53,106 nt of DNA from Chara braunii (GCA_003427395.1 BFEA01000027.1:601058-654163), one strand, 5' to 3'; positions 13,688-26,240 are shown, numbered from the stretch's first letter. Numbers and translations are program-made. Notes: generated by a model not told the origin, from the sequence alone.

Positions 13688-14236
13688 ATGAGTATAGTTC
13701 GGCCATTTCCAGTAAGAAGGTCGGTTTTGACCAATCTCAATCTGATAGTTCTCAAAGAAGCTTTTCGGTATCGGTATGTCGGTGTGGTTGGCTTCAAAGA
13801 GGATGATCTGTCAATCTTCGTTGTTCTCACTAGTTTCGCAGCGTACACCATCTATGACACGAGGCTCTACGTAAAGAGGGGCAAAGAAACTCATGAGCAC
13901 TTCGACGCAGTCCGAGTCTCGGCAGCCAAATACCTGGAGGAGAAAGAGAGGGAGCTTGACGAGAGTGGTACCAAGTTGATCCGCAGTTTTGGGCCCAAGC
14001 TCTACTCTGACTATCCCAGGCCTCCAATTCCCTTCATTCTTATAGATAGTTCTTATTGGGGTGATCTGATTGATTTAGCCAAGAGGTACATCTCTCTAGC
14101 AGAGATTGATTACGAGGCAGTGACCGAGTCATTTGAGTTTCGACATCTCTGGCGCAGGGTTTTCTCTCGGCCATATCTTCCTACACTGTGGGAGGAGTTT
14201 TGTGCTATGGTTGACTTCCGTATCATGGGACTTTGA
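13688..14236 (+). CDS. Uninterrupted 182-aa orphan ORF, unknown function
   Basis: ATG start, globular-protein-like composition, no stops, in otherwise decayed DNA. No recognisable motif. Confidence 0.5.
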   Translation: MSIVRPFPVRRSVLTNLNLIVLKEAFRYRYVGVVGFKEDDLSIFVVLTSFAAYTIYDTRLYVKRGKETHEHFDAVRVSAAKYLEEKERELDESGTKLIRSFGPKLYSDYPRPPIPFILIDSSYWGDLIDLAKRYISLAEIDYEAVTESFEFRHLWRRVFSRPYLPTLWEEFCAMVDFRIMGL

Positions 14237-15711
14237 TGAAAGTGTTCAAAGCTTGCAGGTTTTAGGTGGCTCTATATTCAGAGGCCACAACCTCAGAAAG
14301 TACGAGGATGTGGCTCAAGGCACAGGAAACACACAACAAAATGAGAGATTGAGAAGGCGACCTAAAATGATGAGTGAGGACTCTTGACAAGTGTTGGCCA
14401 TGCCCTACTCATCTGTACTTTCTGAGATTACTATGAGTTCTCACTTTTCCCTCAAATTACCTTGTCTTTGTCTTGAGTCAGTCATCCCTACATTTGCTTC
14501 GACTCTACTTGGTGATTGTGCTTTCTGATGATTTTGTCACAGTTCTCAAAATTAACAAAAGGCAGAATTGATACATTAATAGCACACCAGGAATTCATTA
14601 TTATTATTCGCATAATCTTTTCTATCCCGAATCAAAATTGAAGATTCCTAAGACCGGGGACCGACGAAGACCGCAACTGAAGGATCTCACTCGAAGCCGG
14701 ACGCACACAACAAAAGGCGATTTGTTCTATTGAATTTATTTATTTATTTGCAAACATCATTAAAATCCTGCTTGACGGCCTGTTGGCTTTCTGGTCGTCT
14801 GAAGAGGCCTGACTAGAAAAGTGTGACAGCGCCATCTTTAAAAAGGGGGACCCAACCTAAGTTTTGAAGGGGAGCCTAAATCTAAGCCACATGATCTTGA
14901 AGAGGAGCGGGTGAGAAACCCACTTAGAGGTACTAGTTAGGGAGGTCTGTTGGACATAGAAGTCCTTTCATGAAATGACGTGTGTCAGACTTATCCTCAT
15001 CCCCAACTCACCCCTTTCTTTATTTTGAAGGGGGGTTCTTACAGTTTTGATGCTTCTTTGCTCCAGAAAAAAAAATGATGGATCCCATCACAACCTCAAC
15101 CTGCAAAGGTCAACCATGCAATAGACGTTGTAGAATTATGCTTCCCCTAGGCCCTAAAATCAGTTCTTTACCTAAATCACTAGTATTTTCCAACCTCTTT
15201 TTCCCAATGTCAGTTTTGGACTGGATGCAGAATTCTGTTGAACCGGTTTGGACGAGAAATTGAAGTTTTTTCAGGTGTTTCCGCCAAACTTTTTGCTTTG
15301 GTAGGCCGAGCCCGAAAAGATATAGTGCACTTGTGACTGTGTCGAGAATGCTTAGCTGTGGTACTTTCATTTCAAGCCACACCAACCAGGGGTAATCAAT
15401 GCTGGCGGGTCTGCTCATGTCGATCCATTGTTGTATAGGACGCTGGACCTGATTTCCAACAGGTGTTACTCCCCACCAATAGATGGAGTCACCTGGGATG
15501 GCTAGTAGTAGGGGCTGCTTTTGCCACTCCCCCTAGTAGAGGTCACAGACTGTGTTAAAAAAAAAAAAAAAAGGTTGAGCCAAGAGGTAGAAAAATATGC
15601 AGAAGGTTTTATGGGGTGCATGATCAAACTATCGATTATGGCAAAGCCAGCCTGGGGATGATTGGTTATTGAAACTCCCTAACACCCTTCCCTTTAACGC
15701 ACCACTACTTC

Positions 15712-15738
15712 CTAGAGTCGTGCCCGTTAATGCACGAG
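15712..15738 (-). mobile_element. Possible Helitron 3' terminus
   Basis: Minus strand reads ctcgtgcattaacgggcacgactCTAG, a GC hairpin followed by CTAG. The next base is G rather than the canonical T. Confidence 0.3.
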
Positions 15739-16149
15739 GATTTTAGGAAACGTACGGGCTACTACAGAAGCGCCAAAATTCATCCGACTAAAAACGTTTT
15801 TACTCTATTTTTTTTCGCGACCGATAGCTGGGCTAAGTATTGGTGGTTTAAGCATAATACTCCTTATTGACTTTCATTCTCATTTTGTGTGCTTCAGACC
15901 CTTGCCGAGTATAGGTGGTTGAGGGATGTCCTCCCAAGGCGGGAAACGAACTCCGCGTATCTAGTCCCTTGGGAACCCCCCCCCCCTCCCCTCCGTGGAG
16001 TTATTACACTAGCAAGGATCTCCAACTCGGAGAGATGGTTAACGGGTACATATATTTTCAGGTCTCCTTTCAAGCAGTTCAACCACTTTAGGTTACTACA
16101 CTTTCGGATTGTTTGTGAATCTATACATGGGGTTGTCTGAAACTGCCTT

Positions 16150-16690
16150 CAGGCAGTTCAGCCACTTCAGGTTGATCCATTGCAAATGGTGGGATGAGGG
16201 TACTTGAAACCCCTTTCAGAAGCTTCGGCCACTTCAGCGGTTTCAGGTCCCCACCTTAAATTCCTGAAATGACCTGAAGTGGCTGAAGCTTCTTAAAGGG
16301 GTTTCAGGTACCCCCATCCAACCATTTGGATGGGGGTACCTGAAACCCCTTTCAGAAGCTTCAGCCATTTCAGTGGTTTCAGGTCCCCACCTGAAATTCC
16401 TTAAATGTCCTGAAGTGGTTGAAGCTTCTGAAAGGGGTTTCAGGTAGTTGGATGGGGGTACATGAAACCCCATTCAGAAGCTTCAGCCACTTCAGCGGTT
16501 TCAGGTCCCTACCTGAAATTCCTGAAATGACCTGAAGTGGCTGAAAAAACAGGCAAAGAAAAAAAAGAGAAACAAACATAAAACTTGTCATGCAAACCAC
16601 CCGAAACTTCTGAAATGACCTGAACTGTCTTCAGACCATTTCAGCGGTTTCAGACCACTTCAGAATCTTTCATTCTGAAATTTCAAGTGG
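16150..16690. repeat. Tandem array of ~125-135-bp foldback units
   Basis: Each unit is tgaaacccctttcagaagcttcagccacttcag ... ctgaagtggctgaagcttctgaaaggggtttcag. About three units plus fragments. Confidence 0.85.
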
Positions 16691-18219
16691 TCGTTAACCG
16701 CGAGTGCCAACTTGGTAAACAATGGACTCTAGACACACTAGACTCCATTTATCATAGTTTGAAGGATCTAAATATATGAAACATGTGGCATCTACACGTC
16801 TAGTTAGTCTGCCCAAGTGGGGCCCTCTTCGCCCGTTAGGGTCTTTCTACCGCCTCTTTAATGTTTTTTCAACTACTTTTTCCAATGTCTTTCTGTTGCG
16901 CCCGAAGGGTCTTCCACAACAACGGGTTTCTTCCCATCCCTACCCATGCACACAGGTACATTGCACAATGCATTATCTAATCACAACCCGTGCGCACTGA
17001 GTCATCTTCAGTTTTTATCCACTATTGGCAGACCACAACACCAGCGATACCCCGCTCAGTCTCATTAGCAAACCCCTAACCCCCCCCTTAGGTGGATCAC
17101 CACTCACGTGAAAGTCCCGAATTCCCCCCCCTTTGAGACACCGTGACGCACAAACTTACGTGCATACATTGGTTCCTGTGCCCCTTTCATTTTTATGTTC
17201 TTGAAGGGGTTGTACACTATGTTTTTGGTTGTGCTTTCGGATTCGAATGTAATTCGTCAGGCTTTGTCTTTGTTAGGATATTGGTGGGTGGCTTCCGCCG
17301 GTTAATCTCTTATCTTTTGGGAGCTCATATTTCCTTTTTGCAATTTTTTGATTTGTCCTCGCAACTTGTGTAGATCTCTTTTCGAACTCAATTCGACTGT
17401 AGAAATTCGGTGCAGGTGCCTTTACGTTTTTCGCGAATGCGTTGGTGCATGCACACTTCTGTATGCAATCTGTTTTCTGGCACTGCATCCTCCTTTGCAC
17501 GTTCGCCTCTAAGTTATAATTGTCTTTTTCTCCCTCATTTTCTGCCCACTTCTTCTTTTTGATTTCGTTAATTAATTACCCCTCCTTACACCATCTCTCG
17601 TGTTCCACCTTCGTCTAATATCTCGAAGGATCTTGTGAATTCATGGGTGACCGTCGAAGTAAGACGGAAGTATGTAGAAAGACCTTGATCTCCCCACTAT
17701 GCAATCTGATTCGCTATGATTATTTATGCTGGAATTAACATTGCCCTCCTACAACCTACTTTGCCTACTTCCCTCCTCGCCCCGTCCCTACCTCTCCCCA
17801 ATCATCATCCCCTTCTCCCCTTTCTTCGCCACTATAAGTTTTGCAAGTGTGTTTCTTTTGCTATCTCTTCTCTGCCGCATGCATCCGCCAACTATGTTGG
17901 AGTAGTGGCTAGATAGCAATGGTGATCAGCAAGTCGGAAATCCTTGACGGGTCTGCTGCAACTTTGTGGGATTATGTGTTGGATTGTTGACACATACTGC
18001 AAGATCTGGGCGGATTAGCGTAGGAGTTGGGTTGACCGGGTGACGATCATTGGAGTTTGCGTTGCGTACGTGGCGACGGGGATCATCAGTGCTTGAGCGG
18101 AATAAGAGGTAATGGTTGATCGGTTGGCTGGCCAGAGGGCACAGTTCAAAAAGTGGGTTGACTAGGTCACAATCGCAAGGTGCCAATCTTTTCGCCTCAA
18201 TCACGTGTTTGTACATCTC

Positions 18220-18220
18220 G

Positions 18221-18295
<75 letters not shown>

Positions 18296-18296
18296 N

Positions 18297-18388
<92 letters not shown>

Positions 18389-18390
18389 TT
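18220..18390. repeat. (CT)n microsatellite
   Basis: Direct reading. Confidence 0.97.
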
Positions 18391-19062
18391 GGAATCCGCT
18401 TTCCTCTCTCGTCTTTTTAATTATCTATCGATGATGTGTGTAGGAATCGCCCAAGGTGCAGATCTTCCGTAAGAGTGAATCCATATGGGATTGTCTGATC
18501 CGATGAACTTTTTGTGTTAAATTGTGAATGTGCCTTTTGAGAATGAGTGCAAGAGTTTTCCTTTCCCTTTGTGCATTACGAATGTTATAACTGCTCGCTT
18601 TCATGGTTGTTTAAATGAATGGGTAGCTTGATGCCTCATGAATGCGTGTAGGAATGTTGCTTAGTTGCTTGCTAACCTTTTTTTCGTTACATATTTCTGC
18701 TTGCATGGAAAAAGTAGGGCGCTAATCTTCAGGAAGCACACGTGCACTCTCCTCTCCTTTCCCTCTTTCCGTGTGCAATAACTCTCTCACGCCGATCGAC
18801 GATTCTCTTTGTATTGAATGGGGTAAACCTTTTTGCTTTCTATCTTTGTCGTAGAGTTATCATACATTAATCGTCTTGTTGCATAGGATAGGCCGACTCA
18901 TTGTGTGAATGGTAGATACAAGATGAGTAATCGTTTCGTGGTATTTTTCACTTGTTTTGAATGAAGTATGACTACCCCTACAAGAACTTCTTCCCAAACT
19001 CGATAATTACCTTCATGGGTAATCCTTCCCTTTTTGAGGAACATCAGGCATGTAAGTCACGT

Positions 19063-19716
19063 TGTGAGGAAACCCGGGGAGAGGTTCCTACCGTTCGCTG
19101 AAGCCAAGCGCCACGGCGCCTCTCCCTCGCCGCGCCCGCTTCGGAGGTCCTCAGCGACCAGCAGGCTTTTCCTGGGGTTGTACTGCCTACCACGTCCTCG
19201 CTCTAGGATGACTTGCACAGTCTTTCCCACAGATCAAAATGTGGTCTGTTGCACGGTATTCACTGTGAGTTTATGAGAGTTAGTTCTAGATCCAGTTTGC
19301 TGAGTTCGACAGCAGTCAATTGGCTCGTGAAGAGCGGTTGTTGCCAGTGATCATTCTGGGTTGCGACATTTCAATTGAGGTATATCTCAGTATGAGTAGC
19401 ACACTTATCCGAAAGCGGCCTTCAGATCCGTTTTGAAAAGCAAAGCAAACAATCGTGAGTCTAACGAAAGACCAGCTCTCTGGAGATAGCAAGTTCAACC
19501 AAGTACCAAATCTGGAAATGATTCACTGCGTCAGAGAAACAGCGGGAGCAATAGCAAGAGAAACAAATTCAGTTCATAGCTTAAAACGTGAGTGGGTCGC
19601 CGAATCCTTCTCTTCCTGACCTTCTTCCCTGACTGTCACTCTCCTCCCTTTTTCTCTCTGTTCCTACCTTCAACCTCTCTTTACGCGCTCCCTCTCTCTG
19701 TCAGCATGTGCGCTGC

Positions 19717-19774
<58 letters not shown>

Positions 19775-19874
19775 NNNNNNNNNNNNNNNNNNNNNNNNNN
19801 NNNNNNNNNNNNNNNNNNNNNNNNNNNNNNNNNNNNNNNNNNNNNNNNNNNNNNNNNNNNNNNNNNNNNNNNNN

Positions 19875-19963
<89 letters not shown>

Positions 19964-20368
19964 TGCGCGCCTCGTGATTCTCTCCCTCTCTCTCCTTCCC
20001 TCTGTTTGTTGTTCTCGTGCTGTTCCCTCTTTCTCTCTCTCACTGTTTTCCTTTCTGTGTTATTCTCGTGCTGTTCCCTCTATCTTTCTCTCACCATGGC
20101 TCTTGTGTTGTTCCCTCCCCCGAAGGCAGGTTCAACGCCCTTGTTCCGAGAAGAAAGTTGCGGGCATGTTAAGCCCGAAATTTGACTGTATCAGCCCTGC
20201 TTAAGACAGTAGATTCGTGCTCATATTCCGAAGAGTATGCTGAGGGCATATCTGGCCCAAAAATTGAATGCATCTGCCCCATTTTGAGGCGAGGTCTAGA
20301 GCTCATAATCCGAGGAAAAAAAAAAAAAAAAAAAAAAAAAAACATAATAATAAAATAAAAGCAAGAAA
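19063..20368 (-). repeat. 3' LTR (part homologous to the other copy; true inner boundary may extend to ~20897)
   Basis: Colinear high identity with 41157-42233, apart from an expanded (CT)n and a gap. Candidate inner end at 20897: minus strand purine-rich ggtgagggaa then TGTGAGAAC, mirroring TGTGAGGAAAC at the outer end. Confidence 0.85.
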
Positions 20369-21186
20369 AGAAGCTCACACGCGCCAAACTTGCTTTCCCT
20401 GTTTGAACACACCCTACCTCGCACCTGTTCCCCTCTCTGATTGGCACGTCGACCCCCCCTTCCCCTTTTAATAGGAAGCTTGACGATGCGCTAAGTGGCG
20501 AGCACGTCGCTCTTTGCTCCGTAAGTGACAGGAAAACTCGTTGGTTGGCCAATCGGCGAAGGTCATACCCCCCCCTTTTCGTTGATGGAGAGAAAGCTGG
20601 ATTAGGCACCCCCCCCCCAATAGTAACGTCTTCGACCCGCGGGGAGCGGGAAAGCTCGATTGCTCAGTGTTCAACAGTAATGTTTCTGGCTCGTCTGCGG
20701 GCTGCGGCTGAATGCTACTTTTCGTCAGAGCTCACCAAATGTACTATGCGCAGTCCCTCGCTCAAAGTTTGTGAGAACTCTAACTTCAGCGGGCGGCTGA
20801 GTCTGGACTACCTTTTCGAAATTCTCTTTCCCACTGGTTTCCCCAATTCCCTCCTTCACGCTCTCTATTCCTCACTTTGCGTCTTCCCGTTCTCACATTC
20901 CCTCACCGTGTACCTTCTCCCCTCCATTCGCTGTGCAGTCTCCCTTCCTCGCCACAGTCTCTCTCTCTCTCTCTCAGTCTCCCTCTCTCCCCCTCTCTCA
21001 TGCGCCCAGGACTGCGCGTGCAGCTCCGACGCTGTTGCTCGCTTGCACCTGCTGCGCTGTCACTCGCGCAGACCTGCTCTCCTCTGCCTGCGCGCAGCTC
21101 CTTTCGCGAATGAGAATCAGCTTCTCAACGTTCCCTCTAGATCGTGCTACGGGAAAGAACTTCTCGCTAGAAAATGGCGTGTTGCG

Positions 21187-22716
21187 TCAGTATGTGTAAC
21201 GGTATGAACTTCCGGTTAAAACATGGCCAGATACTCCCTCTCCGAATGATCCTCCTGCCGTAACAAAGCCAGATGCACGCGCCCTCACAAGGTGTGCATA
21301 CTGGCCAGGTGCTCCCTTACGATAATTTTCGAACGATCTTCTTGCCAGAACCACGCCAGATACACCCGCCACACGAAGCGAGCAGAATGGGTATGAACTG
21401 CTGCAGGTAACCCTTCATCGTCTTCCTCAGCAGCTCGTTTCTCCCTTTCTGCGCTCAGTTGCTACAATGGCAGGGAACACCTTGCATGCTCTCAAGACTT
21501 CCCCTGTCCCCATCTCCTGTAACCGCCTATCCCCTGCTCCCCGTTGACCTCATCGGAATAAGCGACGTGGGCGGGTACACCTTGCATGCTGCGAGAGACC
21601 GCCCCCGTCTGACCGTTACTCCCTTCGAGCCGTGCCAGTGCGCGGGTACACCTTGCACACACCGAATTCTCCCCCTCTCAGTCCCACTCGTAGCCTATAT
21701 CTGTGCGTGACAGCTGCAGGACAAGTACCGTAGATTTCCTCTGCCTGTCGCGCCACGTTGGCCTGGAATAGAAACTGGCCCCGTCTGTCCCAGCGGTACC
21801 AGCCATTAGATCCGCAAATGGTGAAAGTTCAGACCCGGGGACTAGGCCAGATTGGAGCCCATACACCGTTGCACCCGCGTTGTAGCTGCCCCATCCCAGC
21901 ACGTCCCGATTCAACAGTCGAAATCCCCACTCCGTGCGGCCATTATACTTCATGAAAACCATGCCGTCTGAGTTGCCTACCGCGGGTTCCACCGCAGCCG
22001 TCCCGGGTCAGTTGTGACTGCACCGCTCCTGTTCCAAGCTAGTGCACCCGAAGGTGCCATGTCGTCGCTCAGATGTGCCCTGTATCGCATCAGATAGCTG
22101 AATTGCCATCATACTGTCTCGAGCCTGAAATAAACGCCGTGTCAATGCCGAGCCTGAAGTAAATCACCGCGACGGCGCGAACCCCGACGTAAACCATCCC
22201 AGTACGAGGTCGCACCTGCCCACACTGAATACCGTAGGGCGCCGCCTTACCTGGGTAACACCAAACCTGCCCTGGACCTGAAGTAAGCAGTCGTAACGGT
22301 GCCGGAGCTGAAATACGCCGCCATGGTAGTGCCGAACCTGAAATGATTCACTGTGTCGACGCCGCACCTGAAGTAAATATCTGTGATGATTGATATGAAA
22401 ATAACCCACGGTGATAGTCCCGAACCCGATATAAAACGCCGTAATGTTTCCGGACCTGAAAACATACTGCCGCCAAGGTTCCAAACCTGGAATAACTGTT
22501 GTCGTGGCCCTGGTCCTGAGAATAATTCACCGCAGCTGTCCCAAACCTGAAAATGAGTCACCGTAATGAAACAGCTGTCACCGGGCCCATACCGAACCGG
22601 AAGCACGTCAGACACAGTAGGATGCAGCCACTCCATAAAAATACCGAACCTCTTCGAACCATGTATCCGTACCGAGCCAAATACCATACTTTCGACCCAA
22701 GGTAGCACCACCCCAT
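21187..22716 (-). pseudogene. Decayed extra ORF in the env position, with hydrophobic N-terminus and ~14 decapeptide repeats (YFRxGTxTAx)
   Basis: Starts MGWCYLGSKVWYLARYGYMVRRGSVFLWSGCILLCLTCFRFG. A 30-nt periodic block at ~22120-22570 translates, e.g., YFRCGVDTVNHFRFGTTMAAYFSSGTVTTAYFRS. Further open segments at 21678-21992 and 21187-21372. Multiple frameshifts. Confidence 0.45.
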
Positions 22717-22737
22717 GCTGTCCTCAGAACATCCCAA

Positions 22738-22754
22738 CTGCGGTAATGTTAGTA
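22738..22754 (-). promoter_or_regulatory. Candidate branch point and 3' splice acceptor (TACTAAC attaccg CAG)
   Basis: Perfect TACTAAC followed by CAG, 21 nt upstream of the ATG at 22716. Confidence 0.35.
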
Positions 22755-23234
22755 ATTAAGCAGACCAGGGACCGCGACGCAGGGAACCTCGACCGTCTGC
22801 AGTACCGAGAACTGTTAGAATCCGGGGAAAATGATCAATCCGAGGTCAAAGCTGATGGCGGGTGATCGAGGCGAAATTAGACCAATCTCCCAATAGTCAT
22901 GGGTTTCGGTCCCTTTCATCGTTTTTAATTGTTTTTCCTTTTCCTTAATTCTATTGTCGGAACTAGTAATTTTACCGTAAATTCCCCAAATTAAATTCCG
23001 AGAAAGTTTAAATAAATGGTCGAATTCCTTTTGTTTCTTTTTCCTTTTACCATTTTTAATCTTTTTCTATGTTTTTTTAATTTCATTGCCGGGAACATAA
23101 AATAACAAGGGTATTCCCCCTAGAATTAAATGCCGTGAAAAAATAAAGAAATTAAGGGATATTATGTTTTTCTCTTCTCCCCTACTGGTCTTAATCCCTT
23201 TTCCTCATCTTTAACTATGGTACTAAAATAGACA

Positions 23235-23675
23235 AAAGTTCAAAGCCTCATTTCGGCCCCGGTCGTATGCTGCAAAAAACATCGCGGCGAGGTCAGTACC
23301 CGCGATGCCTCTCCGCGGCAGGCCAAGCCGGGTCTAACCCTCTGAACGGCCGGAAATAACGGTCCCTAGATGTGCCGAGTGCGGCCACCCATTTCGCCAT
23401 CTTTGAGGGTTACTCGTAAGGTTCAGTTTGCCAAGATTTAGGGGTGTCCAACGTTCCCCTAATTTTTGCTACCTGGTCAACCAGAGTACCGTCAAAACAC
23501 GGACTTGTCTCTGAGCCCAGGTCCCAAAGCCGCAGATTTCAGGCGGCGCACTGCTTGTGGCCGCCTGACAGTTAGCCCGGACCACTTCTCGACGCCCCCG
23601 TCGAGCCCTAACCACTTACGTCAAACGAAGCAGACGAGCTTTAGGGTGATTGCCCGTAAAGGATGCCCACGTAGA
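23235..23675 (-). ncRNA. Putative cis-acting structured RNA element downstream of integrase
   Basis: GC-rich island between AT-rich tracts. Stems: ctcgacg/cgtcgag, tcaggcggc/gccgcctga, ttagggg/cccctaa, catcgcgg/ccgcgatg. Confidence 0.5.
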
Positions 23676-23925
23676 ATATTATTAGAATACTATAGATATC
23701 TCTATTTTTGTGATATATGTCTATTTGAGTAGTATAATATAAAATAAAATATAATAAAAGAAATATATACTAATAAAATAGGAGAATATAAAATAAATAG
23801 ATAGATAGATAGTTAAATAGATAGATAGTATTATATTGTCTATTATATGAATATTATTAAGTGAATATATATACATTTATACATAGATATATTTCTTTTT
23901 GAAAAAATTAAAGAAATAATTAGTA

Positions 23926-25420
23926 TTAATTTTTGTAGATTCGTCGACGTTTAATCGTCTTATGTTTCAGTTTGTTATGAGTTCTGGGGCTAAGAAGATG
24001 TTTCTCGATTTTCCTTTTCCTTCGGGATTTTTGCCTTGGTAGGACCCTCTTTTTCTTCCAGCGTTGGCCCGAAAAAGGGGCCGACCCGCCAGTTTGTCTA
24101 ATGCGAACTCTCCGTCTGGCCCTCTTGAGCACGAATAACCATTTCTTCTCCCTTCCCAATGCTAACCCTTTGACCTTTCTTCTCTCCACTCTTTTCCTCT
24201 TCTTGGAACTTTTCCCTGCCTCTAATCGTCTCGAGGGGGCTCTATCCTCCATTTTGGACTTCCCTTTCCCTTTCGTGTCTGTCAGCAATAAGGTGGGTGT
24301 TGGCTTGGGTCTAAACAACTTTAACCTAGCACCTGCCACTGGGTCCTTCCACTTGGATCCGTCTAATTCTGCTATCATATAGGCACCCCAGTCGAGCGCC
24401 TCAACCGCTCTGTAAGGTCTCATCCATCTGTTGGCGAGTTTTATGGTCTAGGTCCTCTCCAGTGCTGCGTCGTAGAGAAGGACCATATCTCCTACGCTCA
24501 CCCTCTCTTTCCTGATCCGCACGCTCTTATCCCATCTCTCCTTACCTTTGTCCCTCTCCACTGCCAGACGATATGCCGTTGTCATAAGGTTGTCTTCCAA
24601 ACCGCAGGCTATCTGTCTTGTTCAAGCGGCTATGAGTTCCTCTCTGGACATCTTTTCCGCCCAGTCGACGGTTGTCCAACTGTCGACGTGAAACTCTATG
24701 GGGAGCGGACAATGCCGCCCAAACCACAAGGTGTATAGCGGGTATCCAGTGCTAGCCCGGACCGTGACGTTGTCCGCCCATATTGCGTATCGAAAATATC
24801 GTGGCCAATCACTGTCCTTACCTTTGCACCACTTGGATAGTGACGCTATCAGAGTCTGGTGTCTCCTTTCTACTGGAGAGTTCGGTTATGAGTGGTAGGC
24901 GATGACTATCGAAACTCTCGCCCCGACTCTCTTGAACACACTCTGAACCTCGGCAGCTAGAAACTCCGCCCCTCTGTCCATTATTATCTTGCTGACACAA
25001 CCATACCTAGACAAGTACTCTAGGACGAACTTCTTCACTTCCTTTGCCGTCTTACTCCTGATAGGCCTACCGTTCACGAACCAGTGAAGTCGTTTCATAT
25101 GTTCACAACGTAGTTCATATTGCCTACTCCTTTTGGCATCTTCACCAGATCAATGTGTACCTTCTTTCTTGGCCTGGTCGGATAGGACGGATGAAGTGGC
25201 TCTTTGTATTTCACAAAAGCTCTCTTCAGGCACTCCTCGCAGGTTATACAATATCTCTCGATGTCCTTATACTGTCCCTCCCACCAGTACAGTCTGCGTA
25301 CCTTTTCGTATGTTCCTTTGACTGCTCTATGACCTCCGACTACCCCGTCGTGAAGCTCCGCAACTATCGTCTGTCTCTCTTCAGGATCACAGACTACTCG
25401 TAGGGGCATCCCCGACCCGA
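23926..25420 (-). pseudogene. Integrase (zinc finger, DDE core, GPY-like C-terminus, basic tail; no chromodomain)
   Basis: ELHDGVVGGH...YWWEGQYKDIERYCITCEEC; VHIDLVKMP; IIMDRGAEF; RPYRAVEALDWGAYMIAELDG. Stops and frameshifts present. Confidence 0.92.
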
Positions 25421-25599
25421 CTAGCCTTCGAAGTAGATGGCCCGCTCTAAGGCAGTACTCGGCCGCTTGTCTTCGAATATCTGAATCCTGACTTTCCTCT
25501 CCTAATAAACGTAGCCCGATTGTTCGATATTTGCCTTCGTAAAGGTTAACCAGAAATCGATCGGCGCGTCTCGGCTCTGCCATTGTCAGGGTTCCAGCT

Positions 25600-26240
25600 A
25601 CTATTGGGCGCTCAGTCTCAAGAGGGATCCTAGAAAGCCCATCCGCCACGGCATTCTTAGTATCCGATATTCTCTCAACTGTGTAATCATATAGTCGGAT
25701 CCGTATTAACCATCGTGCGATAGTCAGGTCCGTCAGACTAAAGTCCTTCTGGAGGACAGAGGCAACCGCTGTGGGATCTACTCTCAAGATGAACCGTCGT
25801 CCGTAGATATAGTGTCTGAATGTGTCTAGACACCGTGGAACAGCTATCACTTCCTTCTTGAATTGACTGTAGTTTCACTCAGCTGTATTAAGTGTCCTAC
25901 TCTCAAATCTTAACAGACTTTTCTTCCCTTCAGCGTCCTTCTAAGATAGCAGTCCACCAATTGAACAAGGTCAAGCATCTGTGGATACTATGAAGGGTCT
26001 CTCGGCCTCATCGTCAAAGAATGGCACGCCCAGTACGCGCCCTCCCTCCTTAAATTCATCTTTAAGCTCTTGCATTACGAGTTCCTGGGGAGAATCCCAG
26101 TAGAATTTCTCAGTCTTCCAAAGGAGTACCCTCAATGGCTCAGCCTTCTCCGCATACCTCCGTATGAAAATCCGTCAGTAACCGACCACTCCCAGAAATT
26201 GACGAACCTCGGTTGCGCTATGCAACGACGATGACCAATT
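25600..26240 (-). pseudogene. RT thumb/connection and RNase H
   Basis: EVRQFLGVVGY; FIVSTDA; RFESRTLNTAE*NYSQFKKEVIAV...FRHYIYGRRFILRVDP...NAVADGLSR. Confidence 0.9.

Noticed and set aside
14799-14830. CTGAAGA...GAAA hammerhead-like words
   Set aside because: No stem II or stem III pairing.
18116-21207. Ser/Leu-rich ORFs on the + strand
   Set aside because: Translations of (CT)n microsatellites and pyrimidine-rich LTR sequence.
22120-22570. CRISPR-like look: a conserved ~10-nt anchor with variable ~20-nt spacers
   Set aside because: The repeat is too short, the spacers are related to each other at codon level, the context is a eukaryotic retroelement and there are no cas genes. A coding repeat explains it better.
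23235-23675. Group I/II intron or telomerase RNA (contains ACCCTAAA)
   Set aside because: No P or S elements, no group II domain V and no full template or Pol III promoter seen. Kept only as a generic structured RNA.
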